Source of the DNA: Eledone cirrhosa
Taxonomy: Eukaryota
Reading direction: 5' to 3'
NCBI GenBank assembly: GCA_964016885.1
Contig: OZ024742.1
Location: forward strand, 286,192,001-286,256,000
DNA length: 64,000 bases
The translations under genes were made by a program, and so were the position numbers. The stretch's first letter is position 1, and each line of letters begins with the position of its first letter. This document shows, piece after piece, positions 13,521 through 26,602 of the stretch. The notes beneath the pieces are model-generated. The model saw nothing but the letters and a program-made list of their open reading frames with translations. It searched no databases and was not told where the DNA came from.

Positions 13521-13676
13521 TGGGTGTGTTTTTCTCAGAATTCAAATGACAAAACACTTCTAGGGATTTCTAATTACATTAGATATCGTTATCAACTGGT
13601 AACTGCGAGTGGCACTCACATAGCGTGCTTCATCATAGGGGTGTATAAGAAAGCATACACGATATGTTTATATATA

Positions 13677-13865
13677 ATTGTTTCTACTTTAGGCACAAGG
13701 CAGGCAATTGGAAGGGGAGGGGAAAGTCGATTCAATCAAACCCCACTGCATTACTGGTACTTTATTTTATCGACCCCGTAAGGATGAAAGGCAAAGCAAA
13801 CCTCAGCGGAATTTGAACTCAGAATGTAATGGGCCGTAGCTCTATGTTGCAAAGCGTAGTGTCCG
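13677..13865 (-). mobile_element. tRNA-derived SINE
   Basis: CTGGTACTTTATTTTATCGACCCCGTAAGGATGAAAGGC..TTTGAACTCAG. Confidence 0.8.
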
Positions 13866-14024
13866 TGATCTCATGTAGACAACTGATGAAGGGATTGTCC
13901 CCCGTTTCTGCTTTCCTCGTATTTTTAAATACACTTCATCAAGTAACCACACAGCTCCCCATTTCTTCCACATTCTGTTATTAATATATATATATGTCTA
14001 ATGTCTGTCTTAAGTCAGAAAGCT

Positions 14025-14169
14025 CATTTGGCCGGTGCTTATCCCGGTTTCATGGCGGGAAGCGACTCAGAGTACAAGACTACCCCCTGGACAGGACGCC
14101 AGTCCATCGCAGGGTTAAAACCCCCTATTATTGCTGGTACTCATTTTCAGCTGAGTATACTGGAGCAAT

Positions 14170-14173
<4 letters not shown>
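14025..14173 (-). mobile_element. 3' part of a second SINE family
   Basis: Reverse-complement homology to 22580-22745. Confidence 0.65.
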
Positions 14174-14218
<45 letters not shown>

Positions 14219-15030
14219 TGTGTGTGTATATGTATGTGTGCATGAGTATGTATTTGTGGGGGTAAACATATATATATATATATGTGCATACACATGCACG
14301 CATACATACATTTATATATTCATATATATATACAGAGAGAGAGAGAGATGTACACACATAATTGAGTGTGTGCATATGTGTATATATACATACACTCACG
14401 CCATTTAACCTGTGTGTCCTCTACTGTACTCATTGTTTGCATGTTTCTCTTGTCTTCCCTCCCCTACCTTTAACCCCCCCCCCATCCCTCCACCACCTTC
14501 CAATAGCCGCGTCATCCCCTCTCTCTATACGCTCTTCTTCTTCTCTCTCTCTCTCTGATACTAATTACATGTTTGCTTCTTCTACCTGTTCACCATCTCC
14601 CACTTTCCTCCCTCTATTTGCTCATAAATCCCCTTCTCCCCCTCTCATTTGTTCACTTTCTAACGCGGACATTGCACTTAGCCGACCTCCACCTTACAAA
14701 TTTACATGTTGCACACAGCACGCACTCACACACACATACACATGCGCTCACACACACATACACATACATATAGTCACTCATACACACAAACACACGCTCT
14801 CACACAGCTATACACAGACATATACATAAAACGTGTGCGTGTGCATTTGTGAACCTGTTTACATTGTATGTGAGCACAGGTAAGTTAAGTACACGTGTAT
14901 TTGCGTGCACATGTATATATGTACACATACAGGCGCGCGCGTTTGCACACACATACACACACACAAACACGCATATATGTATATATACATATATATATAT
15001 ATGTGTGTGTCTGTGTGTGTGTATGTGTGT

Positions 15031-15295
15031 ATCATGTCAGGTCGGTCTTGAGTGCTACTGGTAACATGTAACTCAGTAAACCTGTCTCATGGTCGGGTCG
15101 TCGGCGGCTAAACCGGCAACCCCACCAAGCTAGCTTGGCGAGGAGGGTGATATTTGGCCATCCAAATAGTAGTTTTTTTGTTCTGTTTAGGTTTTCTTAC
15201 CTGGGAGTGAAAGACCCCCAGTTGTTGTCACAACACCTTTCTAGGAGAGGGAAACCTGCAGCTTCGGAAAGTGCACCATTTTCTGTAATCTGACA
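15031..15295 (+). mobile_element. Interspersed repeat, probable LINE 5' UTR, starting with an HDV-like fold
   Basis: Homologous to 47936-48230; both copies start at AT(C/T)ATGTCAGGTC. Confidence 0.6.
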
Positions 15296-15312
15296 AGCGA
15301 TTGTAATATATA

Positions 15313-15500
15313 AGGCGGTGGATTGGCAGTATCGGTAGAGGGTCGGACGCCATGCTTTCCAGCATAGTTACGTCCCTTTACGATCTGAGTTCAAATCCCG
15401 CCAAAGTTGACTTTGCCTGTCATCCTTACGGGGTCGATAAAATAAAGTACCAGTAATGCACTGGGTAATTGGTGGCCTTGTGCCTAAAGTAGAAACAGTA
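15313..15500 (+). mobile_element. tRNA-derived SINE
   Basis: TGGCAGTATCGG A-box, GAGTTCAAATCCC B-box, central domain. Confidence 0.85.
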
Positions 15501-15514
15501 ATATATATATATAT

Positions 15515-15545
<31 letters not shown>

Positions 15546-15611
15546 ATATGCAACACAGACTTCGATTCTACTTAATCTCTCCCTCTCCCTACCCTCTCCC
15601 TATTTCTCAAT

Positions 15612-15650
<39 letters not shown>

Positions 15651-16114
15651 TAAAAAGTAAAAGTGAAAAAGCGCAGAGGTATATTTAGAGATTAATTTTT
15701 TTCTTCTTTAATCTCACAAAATGAATATTTTGATAATTGTTGCATTAAATAGATATGAATTTTGTCAAATATTACTGCCTTCGATTGGTATATCAAGCTA
15801 ATCAAATATTTAAAGAACGTTTGTTGTCACCAGCATAGAGTTACGTCGCTTTATGATCTGAGTTCAAGTCACACCGAGATTAACTTTGTCTATCATCCTT
15901 TGTAGTCCCTTACATATATATATATATTTATATATACATATATATATAAATATAGAAGCTTTTATACATATATGTAGAAGCTTTTCTATATTAAATATAT
16001 ATATATATATATATATATATTTAATATAGAAAAGCTTCTACAGGACTAGAACTGTTTCATTCGTGAGAAATCACCAGGGAGCTCTGTGGTTACCCCCGAT
16101 TGAACCAGGAATAA

Positions 16115-16153
<39 letters not shown>

Positions 16154-16333
16154 GTGTTTAAATATATTTACACACATATATTTATACGCACACACTCACA
16201 CATATAGATATATATGTGGTGGCTGTTGTAAAGATCTATAAAAGTAGAAATATATGCACCTGTTGATACGTTTGTATTAATGGACATGTCCATTGAAGAG
16301 TGACTGAGTAACTGCGTATTACTCACAAACACT

Positions 16334-17435
16334 CTATATACATACATGCATAAACATACATATATACATACACATACATATACAATCATATATATACATA
16401 CACCCACACATATGTACACACATATATATATACATATATACATACACCCATACATATGTACACACACATATATATACATATATACATACACCCATACATA
16501 TGTACACACACATATATATACATATATACATACATCCATACATATGTACACACACATATATATACATATATACATACACCCATACATATGTACACACACA
16601 TATATATACATATATACATACACCCATACATATGTACACACACATATATATACATATATACATACACCCATACATATGTACACACACATATATATACATA
16701 TATACATACACCCATACATATGTACACACACATATATATACATATATACATACACCCATACATATATACATACACATATACATACATATATACATACATA
16801 CATCCATACATATGTACACACACATATATATACATATATACATACACCCATACATACACATATACATACATCCATACATATGTACACACACCTATACATA
16901 CATATATACATACACCCATACATATGTACACATATATATATACATATATACATACATCCATACATATGTACACACACATATATATACATATATACATACA
17001 TCCATACATATGTACACACACATATATATACACATATACATACATCCATACATATGTACACACATATATATATACATATATAAATACACCCATACATATG
17101 TACACACACCTATATATACATATATACATACACCCATACATATGTACACACACCTATATATACATATATACATACACCCATACATATGTACACACACCTA
17201 TATATACATATATACATACACCCATACATATGTACACACACATATATATACATATATACATACATACATACATATGTACATACACATATATATACATATA
17301 TACATACATCCATACATATGTACACAGACATATATATACATATATACATACATCCATACATACATATATACATATATACGTACATACATATATGCATATA
17401 TACACACATACATACATACAGACATACATACATAG
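16334..17435. repeat. 44-bp minisatellite built from AT/AC dinucleotides
   Basis: Unit CATATGTACACACACATATATATACATATATACATACACCCATA. Confidence 0.9.
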
Positions 17436-17449
17436 GAAGTGAATATTAA

Positions 17450-18145
17450 CATACACACACACACACTGACACATGCACACACAGACATCATATAACACAC
17501 ACACGCAGGCATCGCATCCACATACAGACATCACACACACAGTCATCTCACACACACATAGATATCACCACACACACATACACATTCATCACAGACACAT
17601 GTACACACACCACAGACACACACACACATACATACATCACAGACACACAAACACACACACACACACATTCACCACTGACACATGCACACACATAGATACA
17701 TCACAGACACACAGACACACACACACAGACACACACACACACATTCACCACAGACACATGCACACACATAGATACATCACAGACACACAGAAACACACAC
17801 ACACACACACATTTATCACAGACACACACAAACACACACACATTCACCACAGACACATTTACGCATACACCACAGACACAAGCACACACACACATAGATA
17901 CATCACAGACACACACAAACACACACATACATACACACACACACATTCACCACAGACACATCCACACACACACACATAGATACATCACAGACACACAGAA
18001 ACACACACACACCACATTTATCACAGACACACACAAACACACCCACACACATACATTCACCACAGACACCACAGACATACACATGCATGCACACACACAT
18101 AGATACATCACACACACACACATACATATATCACACACACACACG
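17450..18145. repeat. Degenerate (CA)n compound tract
   Basis: Recurrent CACATAGATACATCACAGACACAC subunits. Confidence 0.85.
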
Positions 18146-18439
18146 TGCAGCGGTATACATCTCATGCATTCTACATCTATCCGATGTGACTCATTCGTTA
18201 CCAGGCAACCTACAGGTGTTTCTGCCTACTACCACAGGTAATAATATAAAGTGTACACTCTATATAATTATATTTAATCATCAGCAGGTGTGAATTGAAC
18301 TACTAAAGGACCCTTTTATATCAGCTAGACCCTGACAAATACATAGGAAAATAGAAATCATGTGCTTTGGCCCGTCTACAAACACACACAGACACACACA
18401 CAGACACACTGACAGGCACAGACAGATACATAAATGCAC

Positions 18440-18477
<38 letters not shown>

Positions 18478-18479
18478 GT

Positions 18480-18667
18480 AATTGTTTCTACTTTAGGCAC
18501 AAGGCCAGCAATTAACCAGTGCATTACTGGTACTTTATTTTATCGACCCCGTAAGGATGAAAGGCAAAGTCAACCTCGGCGGGATTTGAACTCAGATCGT
18601 AAAGGGACGTAACTATGTTGGAAAGCATGGCGTCCGACCCTCTACCGATACTGCCAATCCACCGCCC
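18480..18667 (-). mobile_element. tRNA-derived SINE, well conserved
   Basis: Near reverse complement of 15313-15500. Confidence 0.88.
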
Positions 18668-18793
18668 TTATATATATATATATAGTAATAATAATAAATT
18701 TGAAGACTAAAATCCAAAGAGGGTTCCGTAAAGGATAACTATATATCAGATACATAAGAACGGTAGAGCAAATATTTATTAAAGTAACAGAAG

Positions 18794-18844
18794 AGTTTCA
18801 GAAGATCCTATTAAAGGTGAAAGCACCGATTCTTTGCTTAAACT
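18794..18844 (+). ncRNA. Hammerhead-like fold with CAGAAGA core
   Basis: AGUUU CAGAAGA UCC..GGU GAAA GCA..UGC UU AAACU. Confidence 0.55.
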
Positions 18845-18902
18845 TTAATCTGTTATTTTAATAAATATATCTGCCTCTCTGATTTGTTCCCGTCTAAATT
18901 TG

Positions 18903-18959
<57 letters not shown>

Positions 18960-18961
<2 letters not shown>

Positions 18962-19211
18962 ATCGAAAATGCAATTGGAGCCTTATTTTAAAAAATATAT
19001 ATATATTTATTTGGTTCCTTTACCGGTTTCGCAGTTCTTCTGCTTTTCAAAAGTAGAGTTGAGATGGAGGGTCTGTGGTTTTGTGAGAAAAACCACAGAC
19101 CCTCCATCTCAACTCTACTTTTGAAAAGCAGAAGAACTGCGAAACCGGTAAAGGAACCAAATAAATATATATATATTTTTTAAAATAAGACTCCAGTTGC
19201 ATTTTCGATTT
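18960..19211. repeat. Near-perfect fold-back palindrome with ~120-bp arms
   Basis: Arms are reverse complements around the loop at about 19083-19088. Confidence 0.95.
19118..19153 (+). ncRNA. Minimal hammerhead with U3-A8 core (UUGAAAA)
   Basis: CUU UUGAAAA GCAG aagaa CUGC GAAA CCGG UA AAG; mirrored on the minus strand. Confidence 0.55.
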
Positions 19212-19631
19212 CATCTTTTTTCCTTTATACTTTCACTCGTGTAGGACACCGGTTATTTTTCATTTTGTAAAAAAACCTCACTTTCTAATGTATATAAAGT
19301 ATATAAAGTATTACCGGTTTTATGATATATATAAAGTATATAAAGTATTACCGGTTTTATAATGTATATAAAGCATATAAAGTATTACTGGTTTCGATGT
19401 ATCAGTAAAATTCATCTTATCAAATGTTGAGTATTACAATTTAAAAAAAATAGTAAGAATTAATAAGAATTAAAAACTAAAAATGAATATTTAGTCTTAA
19501 TAAAATGAATATTAAAAACACTACTTCGGTATTGAGTACTCTTTTATCTCAGCCGCCAACAATATATGGATGATTTCCTTCGAATGAAATAGTTCTAGTC
19601 CTGGAGAAGCAATTTCTATATATATATATAT

Positions 19632-19865
19632 AGGGATTGTAACGTCCAGTTACTGTAGGTTTACCAGAGTGAGCACTCGATGTGTAGTTTCCAGTAAGTA
19701 TAGAGGTGTAGAACAAAGCAGAGTGTAGTGATAATAAAAAGGAAAATTTGTTATGTCTTCACTACGTTTATTGAGTAGTGACGCATGTATCGCTATTGAT
19801 CAGCTCAAATTTCGATCTGTAATGATGTAGTCTGACTCTGGAATCAAAAGCTCGTCAGAGCTCTG
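19632..19865 (-). mobile_element. Short repeat with decayed long-stem-II hammerhead
   Basis: Homologous to 50862-51093 and partly to 36050-36125. Confidence 0.7.
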
Positions 19866-20073
19866 CCGTGGTATATATACACACGCGCATTCCCCCCCCC
19901 CCCCCCCACCACCACCACACACACACACACATACACAAATATATATATATTAGTAGAACAGATTAATGTTTAAGCAAAGAATTTCTGCTTTCACCCTATA
20001 CAGGGTCTTCTGAAACTGAGAATTATATATGCAATACTTATCGAGCCCTCTTCGGATGTTGGTCTTTGTAATA

Positions 20074-20219
20074 AAGTGTGGTAAGGAACCAGGTGGACCA
20101 TAACGCACCAGAGTACTCGATACTTGGAGTAGTAGAGTGGGTAATAGGAAAAGAGTCAGGACCCAGGAGCTCAGCCGTCGGGGCCTGACTCTTTTCCTAT
20201 TACTCACTCTACTACCCTA

Positions 20220-20220
<1 letters not shown>
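20074..20220 (-). mobile_element. Short element with terminal fold-back (family Y)
   Basis: GTGTGGTAAGGAACCAG..GTAGTAGAGTGGGTAATAGGAAAA followed by an inverted copy. Confidence 0.8.
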
Positions 20221-20292
<72 letters not shown>

Positions 20293-20683
20293 CATACATA
20301 TACATATACAGTAAATGCGTGTAAAGATAAAGGGGTGAATTGGCGGAGTTGTTGGCACGTTGTTCGATCTCTGTCTTCTGATTTCTGTGTTTCACTCTTT
20401 CGAGGTCGTTAAATTAAGTACCAGTCAAGTACTAAGGTCAATTCTTTCTCTTTTTCTCACTCCCCATCTCTCTCTCACTCTCTCCTCTCACTCTCACTCT
20501 CTCTCCCTCTCACTCTCACACACACACTCTCTCTTAAGCTTGCTCGCTCGCTCTCTTTCTCTGTTAAGACAAAGAGAAGGATTGTCCCACCCCACCCACA
20601 GCTTTTAAACTTATATCACGTTGGCGCCTCTACGACTCCGCGATGTGAAGAGATCAGTGACTTCTACTATTACTGCTGCTATA

Positions 20684-20704
20684 TTGCTGCTGCTGCTGCT
20701 GCTG

Positions 20705-20739
<35 letters not shown>

Positions 20740-20761
20740 GTTGCTGCTGCTGATGCTGATG

Positions 20762-20814
<53 letters not shown>

Positions 20815-20853
20815 GTTGCTGCTGCTGCTGCTGCTACTACTACTACTACTACT
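20684..20853. repeat. (CTA)n/(CTG)n microsatellite
   Basis: Direct inspection. Confidence 0.95.
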
Positions 20854-21344
20854 AGTTGATGTAACAGGTAACTTTGTAGCTGATCTATTATATCACTCTC
20901 AGCCTACACCATTCATGTATCTAATAAATTATAACGTTTAATTAAATAGACCTCACTATCTAACTGGTACTTAATACTATCGACCTTGGAAGGGAGAAAC
21001 ACAAAGCTGACCTCGGCGAAATTTGAACTCCGAACGTCAAAAGCCGTAACAAAAAACGCAGGGTATTTTGTCCGACCCTTTGCAGATTCTGCTAATCCAC
21101 TGCTCTTAGTAATAATTCTTTCTAACATTGGCACAAAGCCAATAATTTGGAGCAAAAAAAAAAGACCAACCGATTAAATCGCCCCCAGTATTCTAAGGTA
21201 TTTTATTCTATCGAATTCGGAAATTAACATTGGCGGGATTTGAACTTAGAACGGCAAGAGATGGAACAAATGACATAAAGCATTTCTTCTGGTTTTCTAA
21301 CTATTCTGCTAAGACCAAAATCCGAAATCTAGGGTCTTCTCACT

Positions 21345-21735
21345 CTTGTTGGAGGACCCCCTCCCTGGTTGACCCCCACGACTTCCTATCTCTGGCCATA
21401 TTGGGCCATGTAGGTCGAGGTATCGGGTCAGGTCATCGCGGTATCTTGCCTTTTGCCGCCCTCTGGTTCTCCTCCACTGACTTGGTGTCTTCTCTGTCAC
21501 TCTAATAGTCCACCTGTTGTCTCTAGGACGAGAGACATGGCCAGCCCATCCATGTTTGCCTTTCTTGATGGTCTTGATTATGTCCTTCACTCCAGTCTGC
21601 TGTCGAATCCAGGTGTTGCTCTTCTTATCACTTAAGGTGATGCCGAGCATGATTTGCTTTATTTTACGTTGGACCACTGCAAAAGTCTCTGCAGTGGTGG
21701 TGTTGAGTTTCCACGTCTCACTTCCATAAGACACA
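21345..21735 (-). pseudogene. RTE-clade LINE 3' fragment (RT C-terminus)
   Basis: YGSETW..VQRKIKQIMLGITLSDKKSNTWIRQQTGV..WAGHVSR..RTRGRQKAR. Confidence 0.85.
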
Positions 21736-22475
21736 ACCCTAAAATACTTTATTGAAGAATGAACTCAACCAGCGAGATTTGAACTCAGATCGTAAAGAGC
21801 CGCAAAGGAAAAACCGCGAAGGAAAAACCGCGAAGGAAAAACATCCCCAATGACGTTTTATTGGTAGCAATGAACATTCTCATTTTTTTTAATGCCTCAA
21901 GCTTTGATATACACGCCTACATACATTCTACTTCATTCTTCTTCTTCATAAAATATACATTTTTCGTATATAATCTTTATTTCCCACAATATTTAAAGAA
22001 TGAAGATTGTTGAACGAATTCTTGTGGGTGGTTTCTATTTCTACAGATTTAGGCATTCAGCTGTCACCAGTTATATTAACTCTTTACAATAGAACGTGTT
22101 TCTGTTTTGTATAGAAATAAATAGAAGCTGCTCCTATTCTCACGTTTGAGAGTAAAAGACCTAACATACATGATTTTCGTTTTCAAACTGAAAGAAAAAA
22201 AAAATGAACGAAAATATAAATCGACCCCCGTCGGTATTTACAATCAGTGTTCCAGTCATCAACGGAAGGATATATTCGTTAAATTAACGTGTAAGTGACT
22301 GATTATTATTCTTTCATGTGTACCATTATGGATAATCAGCTTGACATATGCGACATGGTTAGTCAGAGAGGGATGGTTAATGCCCATAACCCGTTTCAAG
22401 GCCTCTGAGATTGGTGGGAGTTGGAAATGGATTAAGTCTATCAACTATGTCGGATCAAGTAGTAGTAGTTAAGTA

Positions 22476-22745
22476 GAGACGCGTGGCCTAATGATAAAGG
22501 TGTTAGGCGTACGATCATAATGTCGTGGGTTCGATACTTGGACTGGGCTGTGTATTGTGTTGTTGAGCAAAACATTTCATTTCACGTTGCTCCAGTATAC
22601 TCAGTTAAAATTGGATACCAGTAATAGCTAGGGGTTTAACCCTACAATGGACTGGCGTCATGTCCAGGAGGGAGTCTTCTGCTCGCTTAACGCCACAGAA
22701 ACCGGGATACAAACCGGCCTGATGAACCTCTGGGCTTGAGACAGA
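22476..22745 (+). mobile_element. tRNA-derived SINE, second family
   Basis: TGGCCTAATG A-box, GGTTCGATAC B-box, TTGAGCAAAACATTTCATTTCACGTTGCTCCAG body. Confidence 0.75.
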
Positions 22746-22789
22746 CTTTAGACTTAATGCTGTTAAACCTGGCAACGGATTAAGCCTAT

Positions 22790-23400
22790 CAACCAAACTA
22801 AGCCACATCGGAATTTGAAGTCAGAAAACAGATATCTAGAACAAATATCGCCAGATACTAACGTTTATGGCAGCAGAATAAAAGTCAATGATGAGCTGGA
22901 CTGGATTTGAACTCAGAACGTAAAGGGCTGGAACAATTATTTCAAGTAATCAGGTTCGGTGCTCTAACAGTTCCACCATTCCACCGACCTAAAGTGGACT
23001 TGTACTTTACAATATAGAAAAACAATGTTGACCTTAGCGCGATTTGAATTTCATTTTCAAGACGCAAACAAGCCGGAATTGATTTATACAAGACATATAC
23101 GCAAAACCAACACTTAACACTCTATCGATCTTGCACATTCCGCCGCCATAGACTCGTACGTGTCTTTCTTACCCCCCCCCCCCCCCACACACACACACAC
23201 ACGCACCCGCTGCTGCCGCCGCCCTCTGAAGGGAGGGGTGTGACTTCGGTGGCAAATTTTAAATTCAGAACGCAGACAGCCAGAACACATTTTACCAAGT
23301 CATTTCGTTAGATGTTCCAATGCTTACGCTAATTTGCCGCCTAAAGCAAAATACCGAAACTAAACAGAACGAGACTGTGTGTCCGGCGCTCTATCGATTC
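22790..23400 (-). mobile_element. Cluster of old, tandemly arranged SINE head fragments
   Basis: Repeated degenerate GATTTGAACTCAGAACG..CCGCC units. Confidence 0.6.
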
Positions 23401-23680
23401 TATCATTATAATGTTTGACATATACTTGATATCTATTGTTAATTAATGTGCTAGCTTCTTTTAATCTATTTCAATTATGTCTGTATTTAAATATATTTGT
23501 TGTTACATAACGTTTACATAACATAAAGAAAACGCCGGTTCTGTGTGTGAATGTGTAGGTGTACGCGGTGTATGTATATTTGTGTGTATGTTTTAATATA
23601 TGTATGTGTGCATGTGCCTATGTATGTATATGTATGTACATTTGGATGATATATGTCTATACATAAATATATATAAATAC

Positions 23681-24271
23681 ATAGTACCACTGATGATGTT
23701 GCAGATGTGCAACGAAAGAACTTTGTTAGACTATATATATGTGTTTATATCTGTATTTTTGACCGTTGGTCAGTCAATGGTAAACATTGAGGACCAAATG
23801 AATTAACTGTGGAGATATAAAAGATACAGAAGCGAAAACCAACCAAACAGTGAGTGTGTTCTGTTATTATTTCTGGCAATATTATTACAACAATATGACC
23901 CTCCCTAGTATAACATAAATATATACATATATACATATGTATTTATACATATGTATGAATATATATATATACACACACATATACACTCACAGACACACAT
24001 ATATAGATATATACACATATATATTGTTATACTTGGGGAGGGTCATATTTGTGTAATATTGCCAGAATTAATAACAGCACACACTCACTGTTTGGTTGGT
24101 TTTCGCTTCTGTGTCTTTTATATCGGTAATCTAATTTATTCGGTCCTCAATGTTGCCATTGACTGACCGACGGTCAAAAATAATACAGATACAATATAGA
24201 CACAAACACATATATATAGTTTATCAAAGTTCTTTCGTTGCACATCTGCAACATCGTCAGTGGTGCTATTG
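23681..24271. repeat. Diverged inverted repeat (~235-bp arms) with degenerate hammerheads at both outer ends
   Basis: CCA CTGA(T/C)GA TGTTGCA GATG TGCAAC GAAA GAAC TT TG in both arms. Confidence 0.8.
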
Positions 24272-24734
24272 TTTCCTCCCGTTACATTGTATGTCTACGC
24301 CCTTTTTATTTAGTCTGTCTATATATTTATTTATTTATTTGTTTGTTTGTTTATTTTATTTTGCCTTCTTTGCGCATGCGTTTGCGTGTGTGTATAGTGT
24401 TTTGTTTGATGTGTGTTCGTGATTGGGTGACTGTGTATCGGTTAATGTATTCTATCTTCTCTAGTGTGTGTTTATATGTGTTTGTTGTTATTGTGCTTGT
24501 GTATGTATTTATTTATTTATTTATCTATTTATTTATTTATTTATTTATACTTCTCTTAAGTCAGTGTTGTTTGTTTGGGTGTTGTTGTTATTCCATTCAT
24601 TCTTTCTGTTTAGTCTTGGCCTTCTGAGTGTGTTCTGTTATTAATTCTGGCAATATTACACAAATATGACCCTCCCCAAGTATAACAATATTTGTTTCGA
24701 CACACGATCTCATATAAAAAACCTCGCAAAACTA

Positions 24735-24777
<43 letters not shown>

Positions 24778-24804
24778 CACACATATATATATATATATGT
24801 ATAT

Positions 24805-25322
24805 ATAAGAGAGATAAACACAAATATAAACATACATGTGTTCGAATTGTAAAGGACCAGGTTTGCTAGTAAGAGACTATTTTGAGTTTCTAACTCAGTA
24901 TATGATTGTCGGCTCCCTCATGTTGAGGTAATTTTAATGTCGTGTTAACCAGGCTGCTATTTTTAGCAGCATAGGTTTTCGAGACAAGGCTCCGAAGACA
25001 TGTACGTTATTTCATATCGCACACAATTCAGTCTTCTAACACTTTTAGAAGTGAAAGGATCGCTAATGTTTACACCTACTGATGAGCAGAAAGTTGGCGA
25101 TGCCTTCGCTTAATATAATTTTGCAAAAAACATTTTATATAACTGTCTAGGTGTTTTCAGGCAGTTGCCAAATATAGGTTTGTTATTCTTTTTCTTGATT
25201 TACTACTTTAAATTAAGTCTGGCAAACCATATTGTTAGAGTTAGTATTTTTTCACCCTAGCATACCTGGTCCTTTACAATTCGAACACATATATCTTTAT
25301 ATTTGTGTTAATCGCTCTTGTA
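24805..25322. mobile_element. Element with ~65-bp terminal inverted repeats between (TA)n tracts
   Basis: TGTGTTCGAATTGTAAAGGACCAGG versus CCTGGTCCTTTACAATTCGAACACA. Confidence 0.7.
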
Positions 25323-25327
25323 TTTTC

Positions 25328-25394
<67 letters not shown>

Positions 25395-25565
25395 CATAAT
25401 CGGAGAAAGCTAAAAGCGATGCTCCGGCCAAATTCCAACTCACTCAACAAACATTAGGAAATACCTGAGTATATTCCCAATTAAACGTTTGGGGTGCTAA
25501 CTAAATTGTTTTATGTGGATAATTGGCTGTATTATTTCATATGAGATATATCAAATACATCATTT

Positions 25566-25688
25566 CCCAAACGACTCGTTTCATTATAAGATTTCCTCAA
25601 GTTGGGTGAAATTATACCAAGTTATGTAGAAGCTTGTATAAGATCAACAGATACTTATTCAAGTGGGTACTTATAAATCTTCAGTGGG
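25566..25688 (-). ncRNA. Type I hammerhead with large stem II insert
   Basis: CCCA CUGAAGA UUUAUAAG..CUUAUAAU GAAA CGA G UCG UU UGGG. Confidence 0.72.
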
Positions 25689-26260
25689 TGCCCAATAACA
25701 TTAATATTGATAACCAAATTAACATCAATATTTAGCGATAATCACCATCAGTGCTTGAGGGAGCTGCTAGGTTGTTAGTCCAGCAGTTCTAAAGAAAATC
25801 TCACAATGTCCCGAAAATGGGAGAAAGGAGGCTACCGCCAAAAACAATACATGCGCAGGTAGTTGAACTCTGACAAGAATTCAAGCCACGTGTTAAAAAC
25901 TTAATTGGATGTGAAAAAATAACCATAAGTGCACATCGCTTTATGACACATATAGATATTTTCTCGGGCAAAATAACAGAATAAGATACAAGAACAAACA
26001 ATCAATATTCATATAAAAAATAAACAAAGAGAGTCATACCTTATATCGGGAAAGTTTATATCTGTTGCTCCAAGAGTAAATATATAATTACATAATCGGA
26101 GAAAGCTATTAGCGATACTCCGGCCAAATTCCAACTCACTCAACAAACATTAGGAAATACCTGAGTATATTCCCAATTAAACGTTTGGGTGCTAACTATA
26201 TTGCATTGTGTAGATAATTGGCTGTATTATTTCATATGAGATATATCAAATATATAATTT

Positions 26261-26383
26261 CCCAAACGACTCGTTTCATTATAAGATTTCTTCATGTTGG
26301 GTGAAATTATACCAAGTTATGTAGAAGCTTGTATAAGATCAACAGATGCTTATTCAAGTGGGCTCTAATAAATCTTCAGTGGG
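26261..26383 (-). ncRNA. Type I hammerhead, second copy
   Basis: Same core and stems I/III; stem II slightly mutated. Confidence 0.65.
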
Positions 26384-26410
26384 TGCCCAAATATATATAT
26401 ATATATATAT

Positions 26411-26602
26411 AAGAAAATGTTTGTCCCCGACGGCAGAGCTCAAGCCGTTTCGACGGCTATTTCAGTCCAGAAATAGCCGTCGAGACGGCTTGAGCTCTGC
26501 CGTCGGGATCAAACATTTTCCTATTACCCACTCTACTACCCTAAGTATTTAGTACTCTGGTGCGTTATGGCCCATCTGGTTCCTTACCAAACCTCCTTCG
26601 TT
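26411..26602 (+). mobile_element. Family Y element with fold-back
   Basis: Hairpin 26412-26520; the body ends in (AT)n. Confidence 0.8.

Larger units (their letters stand above)
25390..26390 (-). mobile_element. Retrozyme- or pLTR-like element: two ~305-bp direct repeats, each with a hammerhead
   Basis: Repeats at about 25393-25695 and 26089-26390, no recognisable internal ORF, (TA)n flanks. Confidence 0.8.

Noticed and set aside
15313-15400. tRNA gene
   Set aside because: A and B boxes belong to a SINE head; no complete cloverleaf, and it is followed by the SINE body
16168-18165. Many overlapping 100-330 aa ORFs
   Set aside because: Stop-free translations of AT/AC microsatellites in all frames
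25075-25115. CTGATGA GCA GAAA hammerhead
   Set aside because: No stem II and no convincing stem I
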